From NCBI GenBank assembly GCA_015486075.1, contig WFSG01000012.1:21096-85095 (forward strand): 64,000 nt of DNA, read 5' to 3'. Origin of the DNA: Deltaproteobacteria bacterium (GTDB lineage: Bacteria; Desulfobacterota; Desulfomonilia; UBA1062). Shown here one piece after another: positions 30,403 through 39,223 of this stretch. Numbering within the stretch: position 1 is the stretch's first letter; every line of letters begins with the position of its first letter. The notes beneath the pieces are model-generated. The model saw nothing but the letters and a program-made list of their open reading frames with translations, did no database searches and was not told the DNA's origin. A program made the translations under genes and the position numbers.

Positions 30403-32403
30403 ATGCTTAATTTACTTACCCCCATAGATGTAGGTACGATCAGGATTAGAAACCGTATAGTGATGCCAGCAATGCATCTACTTTACACACCTGAAGGTGA
30501 AGTCACGGACCAGCTGGTTGCCTTCTATGCTGAGAGGGCTAGGGGTGGTGCAGGTTTGATCATTGTTGGTGGCTGCACCATAGACGAATACAGTGGAGGG
30601 TCCAACATGATAGGCCTGCATGAAGACAGGTTTATCCCAGGCCTAAAGAGACTCGTGCGCGAGGTCCATGATAACGGTGCCTTAATAGGCGCACAGCTAT
30701 ACCATGCAGGAAGGTATGCGCACTCAGCCCTCATTGGGAGGCAGGCAATAGCACCTTCAGCATTGGCCAGCAGATTCACACACGAAGAGCCCAGGGAGAT
30801 GAACAAGGATGATATAGCAAGGGTAATAGATAACTTTGCAAGGGCCTCAGCCAGGGCCAAGGAAGCCGGTTTTGACTTGGTGGAGATACTTGGATCAGCT
30901 GGTTACATAATATCCCAGTTTCTCTCCCCCATAACCAACAGGAGAACAGATGAATACGGGGGGGGTCTGGAGAACAGGATGAGGTTTGGCCTTGAGGTGG
31001 CCGATGCGGTCCGTAACGCAGTAGGAGATGACTATACAGTATTCATGAGGCTGGCGGGCAATGATTTTATGCCGGGTGGGAATACAAACAAGGAGGCAAG
31101 GATATTTGCAAGGGAGCTAGTAGGCCATGGTATAGATGCGTTCAACGTTACAGGTGGCTGGCATGAGACAAGGGTGCCGCAGATCCCAATGGAGGTACCC
31201 AGGGGAGGTTTTGCATACCTTGCCAAGGGCATAAAGGAGACCGTGAGTAAACCGATTATAGCCTGTAACAGGATAAATGACCCAATGCTGGCAGAAGAGA
31301 TTATCTCTAACGGCATAGCGGACATGGTTGGCTTTGCCAGGGGACTTATAGCAGATCCCATGATGCCGAAAAAGCTCGAGCAAGAAAGATCGAAGGAAAT
31401 CATGCCCTGCATAGGTTGCAACCAGGGTTGTTTCGATCACGTTTTCAGCCTTAAACCGGTAGAGTGCTTGGTTAACCCAAGGGCGGGTAGCGAAAGCAGT
31501 GTCCCCATGCACGTGAAGACAGGTTCTCGCAAGCATGTCATGGTGATAGGTGGAGGTCCGGCAGGCCTGTCTGCAGCGGCGGAAGCGGCTAGGTCGGGTC
31601 ACAAGGTTACCCTGTACGAGAGGACAGATAAACTGGGTGGACAGTTGCACATCGCAGGTGCCTTGGAGGAACGGAAGGAATTTATAACACTTGCCCATGC
31701 ATTGACTGCTCAGGCTTTTGCAACAGGTGTGTCGATTAAAACCGGTGTAACTGTGGACAGTAAAATTTTGAGGGACAATGAGCCAGACGTTGTAATGATT
31801 GCAACGGGCGGGAGGCCTGTTGTCCCACCGATCCCTGGCGTTGATGCTCAGAATGTCGTGCAGGCATGGGATGTACTCTCTGGCAGAGCAAACGTAGGCA
31901 AAGACATACTGGTGATAGGTGGAGGTGCCGTAGGTATAGAGACGGCAATATATCTGGCAAAGATAGGTACGGTAGATGCAGAGACCTTGAGGTTCTTGTT
32001 CTTGTACAATGCTGAGGATGTTGATACATTGAGGGAGATCTCGACAAGGGGGGTAAAGAACGTGAGGGTAATAGAGATGCTGGAAAGGCTGGGCGCAGAC
32101 ATTGGTTTCACAACGAGGTGGATTGAGCTAGGCATGCTCAGGAGGCACGGTGTAAAGGCTGGGACCGGTACAAAGGCCAAGGAGATAACCCCTGAAGGCG
32201 TGGTGGTTGAGATACAAGGGAGAGAAGAATTCATACCATGTGACACGGTAGTACTTGCGGTGGGGACTGCACCTATCAATTCCCTTAAAGGGTCTATTGA
32301 AGACATGGGTATAGATATTAAGGTAATAGGTGATGCAAAGAAGCCAAGGAAGGCCTTTGATGCAATAAGGGATGGTTTCTACGCGGCAAGGGAGATTAGT
32401 TAG
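30403..32403 (+). CDS. fadH: 2,4-dienoyl-CoA reductase (FadH) / NADH:flavin oxidoreductase
   Basis: OYE barrel (NRIVMPAMH, QLYHAGRYA, GSAGYIISQFLS, GWHE), CIGCNQGCFDH Fe-S motif, two Rossmann GGG motifs. Confidence 0.9.
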   Translation: MLNLLTPIDVGTIRIRNRIVMPAMHLLYTPEGEVTDQLVAFYAERARGGAGLIIVGGCTIDEYSGGSNMIGLHEDRFIPGLKRLVREVHDNGALIGAQLYHAGRYAHSALIGRQAIAPSALASRFTHEEPREMNKDDIARVIDNFARASARAKEAGFDLVEILGSAGYIISQFLSPITNRRTDEYGGGLENRMRFGLEVADAVRNAVGDDYTVFMRLAGNDFMPGGNTNKEARIFARELVGHGIDAFNVTGGWHETRVPQIPMEVPRGGFAYLAKGIKETVSKPIIACNRINDPMLAEEIISNGIADMVGFARGLIADPMMPKKLEQERSKEIMPCIGCNQGCFDHVFSLKPVECLVNPRAGSESSVPMHVKTGSRKHVMVIGGGPAGLSAAAEAARSGHKVTLYERTDKLGGQLHIAGALEERKEFITLAHALTAQAFATGVSIKTGVTVDSKILRDNEPDVVMIATGGRPVVPPIPGVDAQNVVQAWDVLSGRANVGKDILVIGGGAVGIETAIYLAKIGTVDAETLRFLFLYNAEDVDTLREISTRGVKNVRVIEMLERLGADIGFTTRWIELGMLRRHGVKAGTGTKAKEITPEGVVVEIQGREEFIPCDTVVLAVGTAPINSLKGSIEDMGIDIKVIGDAKKPRKAFDAIRDGFYAAREIS

Positions 32404-33100
32404 TATCTCTTGCCTCTAGGCTTTTCTGTATGGTCTGCTGCACCTTTCTCTGGAAAAGCCTTTTAAGTATATAGCTGCGCAGGAAGTCGACTATCTTGGA
32501 AATCTCGGCTGTTATACGGATATTTTCCTTCTTGGACTTGCCATGTACTAGTTTTTTTCTGACGCTTAACTCGTTATCTGTTATTTCCTTACCTAGCCTC
32601 ACGTAGAACTCCATATCCCCTAACTCGCCGCCTATATCAAGTAACCTCTTGAGCACGTCCCTCCCAAACCTTATATCTTCCTGGTTGAAGAGTTTCTTGT
32701 CGTTTTCCTGTATAAAGGGCATAAGTAGACCAAGTTTTTCTGCCTCATCCATTTCCTCTTGTGTGAGGCCTGTGTGCTTGAGAAATGCTTTATCATCGAC
32801 AAGTTCGCTCTTTACGTATGTCCTGGTGCCGAAGACCACGTCCTCTATGGCCTCGGCATCTTCCAGACTAAGTCCTTCATCCATGCGCCTCAGTATGTTT
32901 CTTATCACAGAGAGGGGGAAATACCTCCTCTCTTGGAGGTACCTGATGACGTGTATCTTTTCCACACATGACTCGTCGTAGTAGGCCATGCTTTTGTTAA
33001 CCTTACGGGGTTCAGGTAACAGGCCCTGCCTTACGTAGTAACGTATGGTCGATGCCGCAACCCCACTTTTCTTCGCTATCTCGCCTATCTTCTTCCCCAT
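32396..33100 (-). CDS. MerR-family transcriptional regulator
   Basis: KIGEIAKKSGVAASTIRYYVRQGLLP..NKSMAYY..IRYLQERRYFPLSVIR; second degenerate HTH; AGGTGG RBS before ATG 33100. Confidence 0.9.
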   Translation of the reverse strand: MGKKIGEIAKKSGVAASTIRYYVRQGLLPEPRKVNKSMAYYDESCVEKIHVIRYLQERRYFPLSVIRNILRRMDEGLSLEDAEAIEDVVFGTRTYVKSELVDDKAFLKHTGLTQEEMDEAEKLGLLMPFIQENDKKLFNQEDIRFGRDVLKRLLDIGGELGDMEFYVRLGKEITDNELSVRKKLVHGKSKKENIRITAEISKIVDFLRSYILKRLFQRKVQQTIQKSLEARDTN

Positions 33101-33143
33101 CCAAATTACCACCTGAAACTATAAAATAGGGTTCCAACAGAAC

Positions 33144-33172
33144 TATATAGAACATTAATCAATATCTGTCAA
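33144..33172 (-). promoter_or_regulatory. Sigma70 promoter of the MerR-family gene
   Basis: Minus strand TTGACA-17 bp-TATATA. Confidence 0.5.
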
Positions 33173-33363
33173 AACAGACTTGAAAATCCATTTCATTCAT
33201 TTTTCGCCATAAGTATAGATCTCGTATTTTTCTCTGGACAAAAGTTTATCAGTATGTTAATAATTAAACAGTTGGATATAAACAACTAGGAGGGAATTTC
33301 TTATAATAGTAGGAGACTATGTCAGGTTATAATAGCTGGTAATAAGAGGTAAAGGAGAGATAG

Positions 33364-34395
33364 ATGAGGATAATAGATAAGAAGGACTTTATCGAGTTTG
33401 TTAATTTATTGATAACAAAAGATGCAAGAACCGTGGTCGGGGTGAAGGCAAAGGGTGACAAGTTCATATACGATGAGCTTGCTTCAGCTGATGAGCTGAG
33501 GCTGGATTTCGATGTAACTGTGCTTTCTCCCAAAAAATATTTCATGCCGCCAACAGAGACGCTATTAGAATACGATCTCTCTTCTGATTTCAAGGTTATG
33601 TCTGTAAACGAAGTCACACCCCTTATCATAATTGGCATACATCCATATGACCTGATTGCACTACAGCAGATGGAAACCGTGTTCAGGGATACGTATCCTG
33701 ATGCAAATCACCTTCTCAAACTCGAGAGGTCCATTCTTATAGGCACGAACATGCAGAACGTTTCCCCCCATTCCTTTGCCGCAAGCATGGGTACGGCAAC
33801 AACGAGGTACGGCTATGACCTCATGCTAACAGATATTGGTGACAGCTATTACGTTGAGCTAGGCTCAGATAGGGGAGAAGAACTACTTGAGAGATATGCC
33901 AGGGTGTCCATGCCTGATGAATCACACAAGAAGAGATTTGAGGCTGTGATAAATGGTATAGTTGGAAAGTTCCAGAAAAAGTTGAATTTTCCGGCCGATG
34001 AATTACCGGCCATACTTGCCAAGACATATGACAGTGACCTGTGGGCCAACAAGGCAGAGAAATGCCTGAGCTGTGGTTCATGCAATTTGGTCTGTCCCAC
34101 GTGTTATTGTTTCGATGTGCAGGATGTCACAGAGCTGAACCTTAGGAAAGGCGAGAGGATAAGGACCTGGGATGGTTGCCTGCTTGAGGATTTTGCAAAG
34201 GTTGCTACTGGTGAAAACTTTAGGGAGGACAGGGCGTCGCGCTACAGGCACAGGTTCATGAGGAAAGGCAAGTTCCTACACGAGAGATTTGGGTTCATAG
34301 CCTGCGTTGGATGCGGGAGATGTGCATCTGGATGCCTTCCCGACATAGCTGACCCTGTGGAAGTCTACAATACCCTGAAGGAGGAAGTGCTATGA
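33364..34395 (+). CDS. hydB: Group 3b [NiFe]-hydrogenase beta subunit (AsrA-like 4Fe-4S protein)
   Basis: SPKKYFMP, CLSCGSCNLVCPTCYCF, RTWDGC, CVGCGRCASGC. Confidence 0.9.
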   Translation: MRIIDKKDFIEFVNLLITKDARTVVGVKAKGDKFIYDELASADELRLDFDVTVLSPKKYFMPPTETLLEYDLSSDFKVMSVNEVTPLIIIGIHPYDLIALQQMETVFRDTYPDANHLLKLERSILIGTNMQNVSPHSFAASMGTATTRYGYDLMLTDIGDSYYVELGSDRGEELLERYARVSMPDESHKKRFEAVINGIVGKFQKKLNFPADELPAILAKTYDSDLWANKAEKCLSCGSCNLVCPTCYCFDVQDVTELNLRKGERIRTWDGCLLEDFAKVATGENFREDRASRYRHRFMRKGKFLHERFGFIACVGCGRCASGCLPDIADPVEVYNTLKEEVL

Positions 34396-35231
34396 CAAGG
34401 GAAAATGTCACTATTTATACACCGAGGCCTGCTACCATAAAAAGAATCAAGCAGATGACCGAGAACGAGAAGCTGTTCGAGATCATCCTTGATGACGATA
34501 TGCCCTTGGGACATAACCCCGGTCAATTCGTGGAGGTCTCGGTGATGGGTATAGGCGAGGCCCCAATATCTGTGTCATCTCCACCCACAAAGACAGACGG
34601 CTTTGAACTCTGTGTAAGGGCGGTAGGTAATGTCACAAGGGCCATGCACGCCATGAAGGTTGGCGACAAGATCGGCATCAGGGGACCATTTGGAAACGGT
34701 TTTAAAACTAACATGCTCAAGGGAAAGGACCTGCTCTTCATATGCGGTGGCCTTGGGTTTGCTCCCATGAGGTCGCTGATAAATTATGTCCTTGCCTACA
34801 GGAGGGATTACGGAGAGATAGCGGTCCTGTACGGGTGCAAGAGACCATGTGATCTGCTCTTTGCTGATGAGGTAAAGAGATGGAGATTTATGGACGGCAT
34901 ACTTGACCATCACCTTACTGTTGACGAGGTATGCGAGGGTGAGAGCTGGGAGCATAACATTGGTGTTATAACAACGTTGATCCCTAAGGCCAAGTTCAAT
35001 CCAGAGACAACCTATGCACTTATATGCGGTCCCCCGGTCATGTATCGCTACGTGATCCACTCTCTGAAGGAAAAGGGTTTGCCGGATGAACATATCATTG
35101 TATCCCTAGAGAGAAGGATGAAATGCGGGTTAGGGAAGTGCGGCCATTGCCAGATAAATTCCACGTACGTATGCCAGGATGGTCCGGTATTTGTGTACTC
35201 TGAGATCAAAGACTTACAGGAGGCAATATGA
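34392..35231 (+). CDS. hydG: Group 3b hydrogenase gamma subunit (FAD/NAD(P)-binding, 2Fe-2S)
   Basis: PGQF, GEAPISVSS, RGPFGNGF, GGLGFAP, CGPPVM, ERRMKCGLGKCGHC, CQDGPVF. Confidence 0.92.
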   Translation: MTRENVTIYTPRPATIKRIKQMTENEKLFEIILDDDMPLGHNPGQFVEVSVMGIGEAPISVSSPPTKTDGFELCVRAVGNVTRAMHAMKVGDKIGIRGPFGNGFKTNMLKGKDLLFICGGLGFAPMRSLINYVLAYRRDYGEIAVLYGCKRPCDLLFADEVKRWRFMDGILDHHLTVDEVCEGESWEHNIGVITTLIPKAKFNPETTYALICGPPVMYRYVIHSLKEKGLPDEHIIVSLERRMKCGLGKCGHCQINSTYVCQDGPVFVYSEIKDLQEAI

Positions 35232-35998
35232 TGAGACCGGGAGTCAAGCCAAGGGTGGCCTTTTTCGATTTTGCCAGTTGTGAGGGGTGCCAACTACAGG
35301 TAGTCAACCTGGAGGAATCCGTCATAGATCTTATAGACATAGTGAACGTGGTATCCTTTAGGGAGGCTATGAAGGAACATTCTGACGATTACGACATAGC
35401 ATTCGTGGAGGGTTCCATAATGAGGCCCATGGACGAGGAGCGCCTGAAGAATATAAGGAACAGGGCAAAGATACTTGTGGCACTAGGTGCATGTGCATGC
35501 ATAGGCGGTATTAATACATTAAGGAACAGGTACTCTGTAGAGCACGTGAAAAAGGTGGTTTACGGTGATGCGGATATGGATGGAAACCCATTTTTTGATG
35601 TGTTCCATACAAAGGCGGTTGGAGACGTGGTTGATGTGGATTACTATGTGCACGGGTGCCCCATAAACCGCGACGAGCTCGCAAAGGTCGTCACCTCCCT
35701 TGCTCTTGGTAAGAAGCCAGAGATACCGAACTATCCTGTGTGCGTTGAGTGCAAGAAAAAGGGAAACGTGTGCATATTTGAAAGGGGCGGTTTTTGCCTT
35801 GGCCCTGTAACAAGAGCCGGCTGTGGTGCCATATGCCCTACTAACGGGAGCGGATGCGAGGGTTGCCGTGGTCTGGTGGATAACCCCAACACAGATTCCG
35901 AGCTTGAGGTGCTTGAGAAATACGGGCTTAGACTTGAGGATGCACTCGGTAAATTCGACATTTTCTGTTACAGGTATAAGGGGGAGATAAGCAAATGA
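35228..35998 (+). CDS. hydD: Group 3b hydrogenase delta (small) subunit
   Basis: SCEGCQ, FVEGS, LGACA, GCP, VCVEC, CLGPVTRAGCGAICP, CEGCRG. Confidence 0.92.
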   Translation: MMRPGVKPRVAFFDFASCEGCQLQVVNLEESVIDLIDIVNVVSFREAMKEHSDDYDIAFVEGSIMRPMDEERLKNIRNRAKILVALGACACIGGINTLRNRYSVEHVKKVVYGDADMDGNPFFDVFHTKAVGDVVDVDYYVHGCPINRDELAKVVTSLALGKKPEIPNYPVCVECKKKGNVCIFERGGFCLGPVTRAGCGAICPTNGSGCEGCRGLVDNPNTDSELEVLEKYGLRLEDALGKFDIFCYRYKGEISK

Positions 35999-37296
35999 GC
36001 AATAAAATAGAGATAAAGATAGAACATGTCACCCGTGTTGAAGGACATGGAAACATAGTACTAAATGCTGAAGACGGTGCGGTTAAGCAGGTGCAGTGGC
36101 AGGTATCAGAGGCACCCAGGTTCTTCGAGGCCATGATGGTGGGCAGGGACTATTCAGAGCTTACCCATATTGCCTCAAGGATATGTGGAATATGTTCTAT
36201 ATCCCATGGCCTTGTTTCTCTGAAGGCAACGGAGAGGGCCATGGGCGTGGAGATCTCTGACCAGACCCTTTACTTAAGGAAACTGGCTCACCATGCCGAG
36301 CACCTGCAGTCTCACGTGTTACACGTGGGCTACCTTGTGGCACCTGACCTGTTTGGTGTGGGTAGTGTATTCCCGCTCGTTGGGACACACAAGGATACTG
36401 TGGTCAAGATTATAAAACTTCACCGTCTTGCAAACGAGATGTCGGATCTCTTTTGTGGTAGGACAACTCATCCTATAACCTTGACAGTAGGTGGATTTAC
36501 AAAGATACCCACGGAAAAGGAACTCGTGTCCTTGAGGCAGAGGCTTGAAGATGCCGTTGAGACGACTAAAGAGGTCGCTGGCGTGGTGCTTGCAGGCGTA
36601 GACAAGCTTCCAGACTTTACTCGGGAGACCGAGTACATTGCAATAAGTTCTGACGAAGAGTATGCAATGTACGACGGTGTCATAACGTCTACTGATGCAG
36701 GCAGGCTCAACAACGACGCCTATCAGGACATAACAAACGAGTTTGTGGTGCCGTACTCCACAGCAAAACATGCAAGGCACAAGAGGGATTCTTACATGGT
36801 GGGTGCACTCGCCCGCTTTAACCTAAACAGCGAGAAGCTGAGTCCCTTGGCTAGGCAGGTAGCCGATATGTTTGGCCTCAGACCCCTGAATTATAATCCC
36901 TACATGAACAGTGTTGCCCAGCTAGTAGAGGTGGCCCACTGCCTGGAGGATTCTATTGCAAAGGTGGATGCCCTGCTAGATACTGGGTTAAAGGACGAGA
37001 GACCTGACTTCAAGGTGAATCCCGGCAGGGGTGTTGGTGTTATAGAGGCACCTAGGGGGTTATTGATACACGACTACACCATAGACGAAAACGGCAAGTG
37101 CATCAAGGCCAACTGTGTAATACCCACGAACCAGAACCATAGGAATATCCAGAAAGACATGGAGGTGCTTGCACCTCTACTAATAAGTCAGGACAAGGAT
37201 AAGAAAGAGATAGAACTGACCTTGGAGATGCTCGTAAGGGCATATGACCCGTGCATCTCATGTTCTACTCATTACCTCAAGGTAGACTTCGAATAG
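35995..37296 (+). CDS. hydA: Group 3b [NiFe]-hydrogenase alpha (large) subunit
   Basis: TRVEGHG, L1 motif SRICGICSISH, EAPRG, L2 motif RAYDPCISCSTH followed by a 7-residue cleavable tail. Confidence 0.96.
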   Translation: MSNKIEIKIEHVTRVEGHGNIVLNAEDGAVKQVQWQVSEAPRFFEAMMVGRDYSELTHIASRICGICSISHGLVSLKATERAMGVEISDQTLYLRKLAHHAEHLQSHVLHVGYLVAPDLFGVGSVFPLVGTHKDTVVKIIKLHRLANEMSDLFCGRTTHPITLTVGGFTKIPTEKELVSLRQRLEDAVETTKEVAGVVLAGVDKLPDFTRETEYIAISSDEEYAMYDGVITSTDAGRLNNDAYQDITNEFVVPYSTAKHARHKRDSYMVGALARFNLNSEKLSPLARQVADMFGLRPLNYNPYMNSVAQLVEVAHCLEDSIAKVDALLDTGLKDERPDFKVNPGRGVGVIEAPRGLLIHDYTIDENGKCIKANCVIPTNQNHRNIQKDMEVLAPLLISQDKDKKEIELTLEMLVRAYDPCISCSTHYLKVDFE

Positions 37297-37356
37297 TAGT
37301 CCTTAGAGTTGCAGCAGGCACCTGATCCATTGTATTATGCACCAGGATAATAATTA

Positions 37357-37866
37357 ATGGCAAGGAAGGATAAGGTGCGGAAGATAGGTATTATCGGCAT
37401 AGGCAACATCCTCATGGGTGACGACGGCGTGGGCGTGGAGTTACTGAGGTTGTTGCAGGAAGAAAACCTGCCCCGTGGAGTAAACGTGGTGAATATTGGT
37501 ACCAATGCCATGGCCATGCTCCATAACCTTGCGCGCTTTGATGCAGCGATAATCCTGGATGCAGTTGATTTCAATGGGATCCCTGGCCAGGCATTGGTGT
37601 TCAGCCCTGACGAGGTAAGTACGAAGAAGGAACTATTGAGACTTTCTACCCATGAAAGTGATGTCCTGAACATTATAAGGCTGTCGAGGAACCTGGACGA
37701 ATGTCCAGAAGACATAAAGATATTCGCTATACAGCCCTTTTGCATGGACAGGGGGAAAGGACTCTCGCCCCAGGTAGAGAGTTTGTTACCTAGGTACAAA
37801 GAAGGTATCATGGAATTGGTAAATTCCATGCTCAAAAGTATGCATGGTGGAGTAAAAAGACCATAG
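37357..37866 (+). CDS. Hydrogenase maturation protease (HycI/HybD family)
   Basis: IGIGNILMGDDGVG, IILDAV, STHE, IQP. Confidence 0.93.
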   Translation: MARKDKVRKIGIIGIGNILMGDDGVGVELLRLLQEENLPRGVNVVNIGTNAMAMLHNLARFDAAIILDAVDFNGIPGQALVFSPDEVSTKKELLRLSTHESDVLNIIRLSRNLDECPEDIKIFAIQPFCMDRGKGLSPQVESLLPRYKEGIMELVNSMLKSMHGGVKRP

Positions 37867-37888
37867 GTATAGCACTGGAGAGGAGATC

Positions 37889-38122
37889 ATGTGTGTAGGT
37901 TTTCCAGGTAAGGTTGTCACAATGGATGATGATGGTGACTTCGGTATTGTAGATATAGGTGGTACCAGGAAAAGGGTGGTACTCATGCTTATAGACGAGG
38001 AACTGAACCCCGGTGATTATGTACTGGTTCATGCAGGGTTTGCCATTCACAAGATAGATGAAGACCTGGCCAAGGAAAAACTGGGCTATCTCGGGGAGTT
38101 GGTGGGTATTGAAATACATTGA
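37889..38122 (+). CDS. hypC: Hydrogenase assembly chaperone HypC
   Basis: MCVGFPGKV...GDYVLVHAGFAI. Confidence 0.97.
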   Translation: MCVGFPGKVVTMDDDGDFGIVDIGGTRKRVVLMLIDEELNPGDYVLVHAGFAIHKIDEDLAKEKLGYLGELVGIEIH

Positions 38123-39197
38123 CGAATACAGGGATCGCTCTATTGTGGAGGCCCTTGTCTCCAGGATAAAGGGGAAGGCTAGGGAACTTAAAAGAGATAT
38201 TTCAATAATGGAGGTGTGCGGAACACATACCAACGCCATAGGTCGTTTTGGCATAAGGGGGATGCTTCCCACTAACATAAGACTAATATCAGGACCAGGG
38301 TGCCCTGTATGTGTTACTTCCATACATGACATAGATATAGCTCTTTACCTTGCTGGCCGGGATGATGTGATATTCGCGACCTTTGGAGACATGCTAAGGG
38401 TTCCAGGCACTGGAGGCTTGAACCTCCAGCAACTTAGGGCAAGGGGTGCAGACGTGCGTATAGTTACATCGCCCGTGGATTGCATCCCCTTCTGCCTGGC
38501 AAACCCTTTGAAAAAGGTAGTCTTCATGGGCATAGGGTTTGAGACAACCTCTCCAATGGTCTCTGCCCTTATACTCGAGGCAAAGAGGCATGGGCTTAGA
38601 AACCTTTTTGTCTTCTCCGTGCACAAGCTCATACCACCAGCTATCAAGCTACTTATGGATGATCCAGAGCTGAATATAGACGGCTTCATTTGTCCTGGTC
38701 ACGTAAGCACCATTATAGGAGCCAATGCCTACAGATTTATAGCTGAATCATCCAAAGCAGCTGTTGTAACAGGTTTTGAACCAGTGGACATCCTCGAAGG
38801 TATACTCATGATACTTGACCAGGTGCTGGATTCTGAGTTCAGGGTGGAGATACAGTATACAAGGGCAGTAAAGCCTGAGGGAAACCTGAAGGCAAAGAAA
38901 GTACTGTCGGATGTGTTTACCCCTTGTGATACCGAGTGGAGGGGCCTGGGAAGTATAGAGAAAAGCGGCCTTGCATTCAGGTACGTCTATAGAGAATTTG
39001 ATGTCACCCGGGCATTTGAGATACCCGCCATCAATTCAGAGGAGTTCCATGGATGCATATGTGCTGATATACTAAAGGGTTACAGCACACCGGTTGAATG
39101 TCCTTTGTTCAAGAAGGTATGTACACCATTGAACCCTGTCGGACCGTGCATGGTATCCAGCGAGGGTACCTGTGCTGCATACTACAGGTACTATTGA
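38109..39197 (+). CDS. hypD: Hydrogenase formation protein HypD
   Basis: MEVCGTHT, GPGCPVCV, GFETT, PGHVS, CMVSSEGTCAAYY; TTG start at 38109 (KYIDEYRD). Confidence 0.97.
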   Translation: MKYIDEYRDRSIVEALVSRIKGKARELKRDISIMEVCGTHTNAIGRFGIRGMLPTNIRLISGPGCPVCVTSIHDIDIALYLAGRDDVIFATFGDMLRVPGTGGLNLQQLRARGADVRIVTSPVDCIPFCLANPLKKVVFMGIGFETTSPMVSALILEAKRHGLRNLFVFSVHKLIPPAIKLLMDDPELNIDGFICPGHVSTIIGANAYRFIAESSKAAVVTGFEPVDILEGILMILDQVLDSEFRVEIQYTRAVKPEGNLKAKKVLSDVFTPCDTEWRGLGSIEKSGLAFRYVYREFDVTRAFEIPAINSEEFHGCICADILKGYSTPVECPLFKKVCTPLNPVGPCMVSSEGTCAAYYRYY

Positions 39198-39223
39198 GAT
39201 GTTGTTTCCCTGGTAGAGCTGAC

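Noticed and set aside
33364..35231. Anaerobic sulfite reductase asrAB
   Set aside because: Followed by NiFe small and large subunits, not by a siroheme AsrC, so these are hydrogenase beta and gamma subunits.
35995..37296. Selenocysteine-containing (NiFeSe) hydrogenase
   Set aside because: The L2 motif is DPCISC with ordinary Cys codons and there is no in-frame TGA.
39098..39223. N-terminal ORF extensions of hypF (also fba, hypD, the GGDEF, acyl-CoA synthetase alpha and fmdB-like genes)
   Set aside because: They overlap upstream genes or lack homology-like sequence; RBS positions and family N-termini point to later starts.
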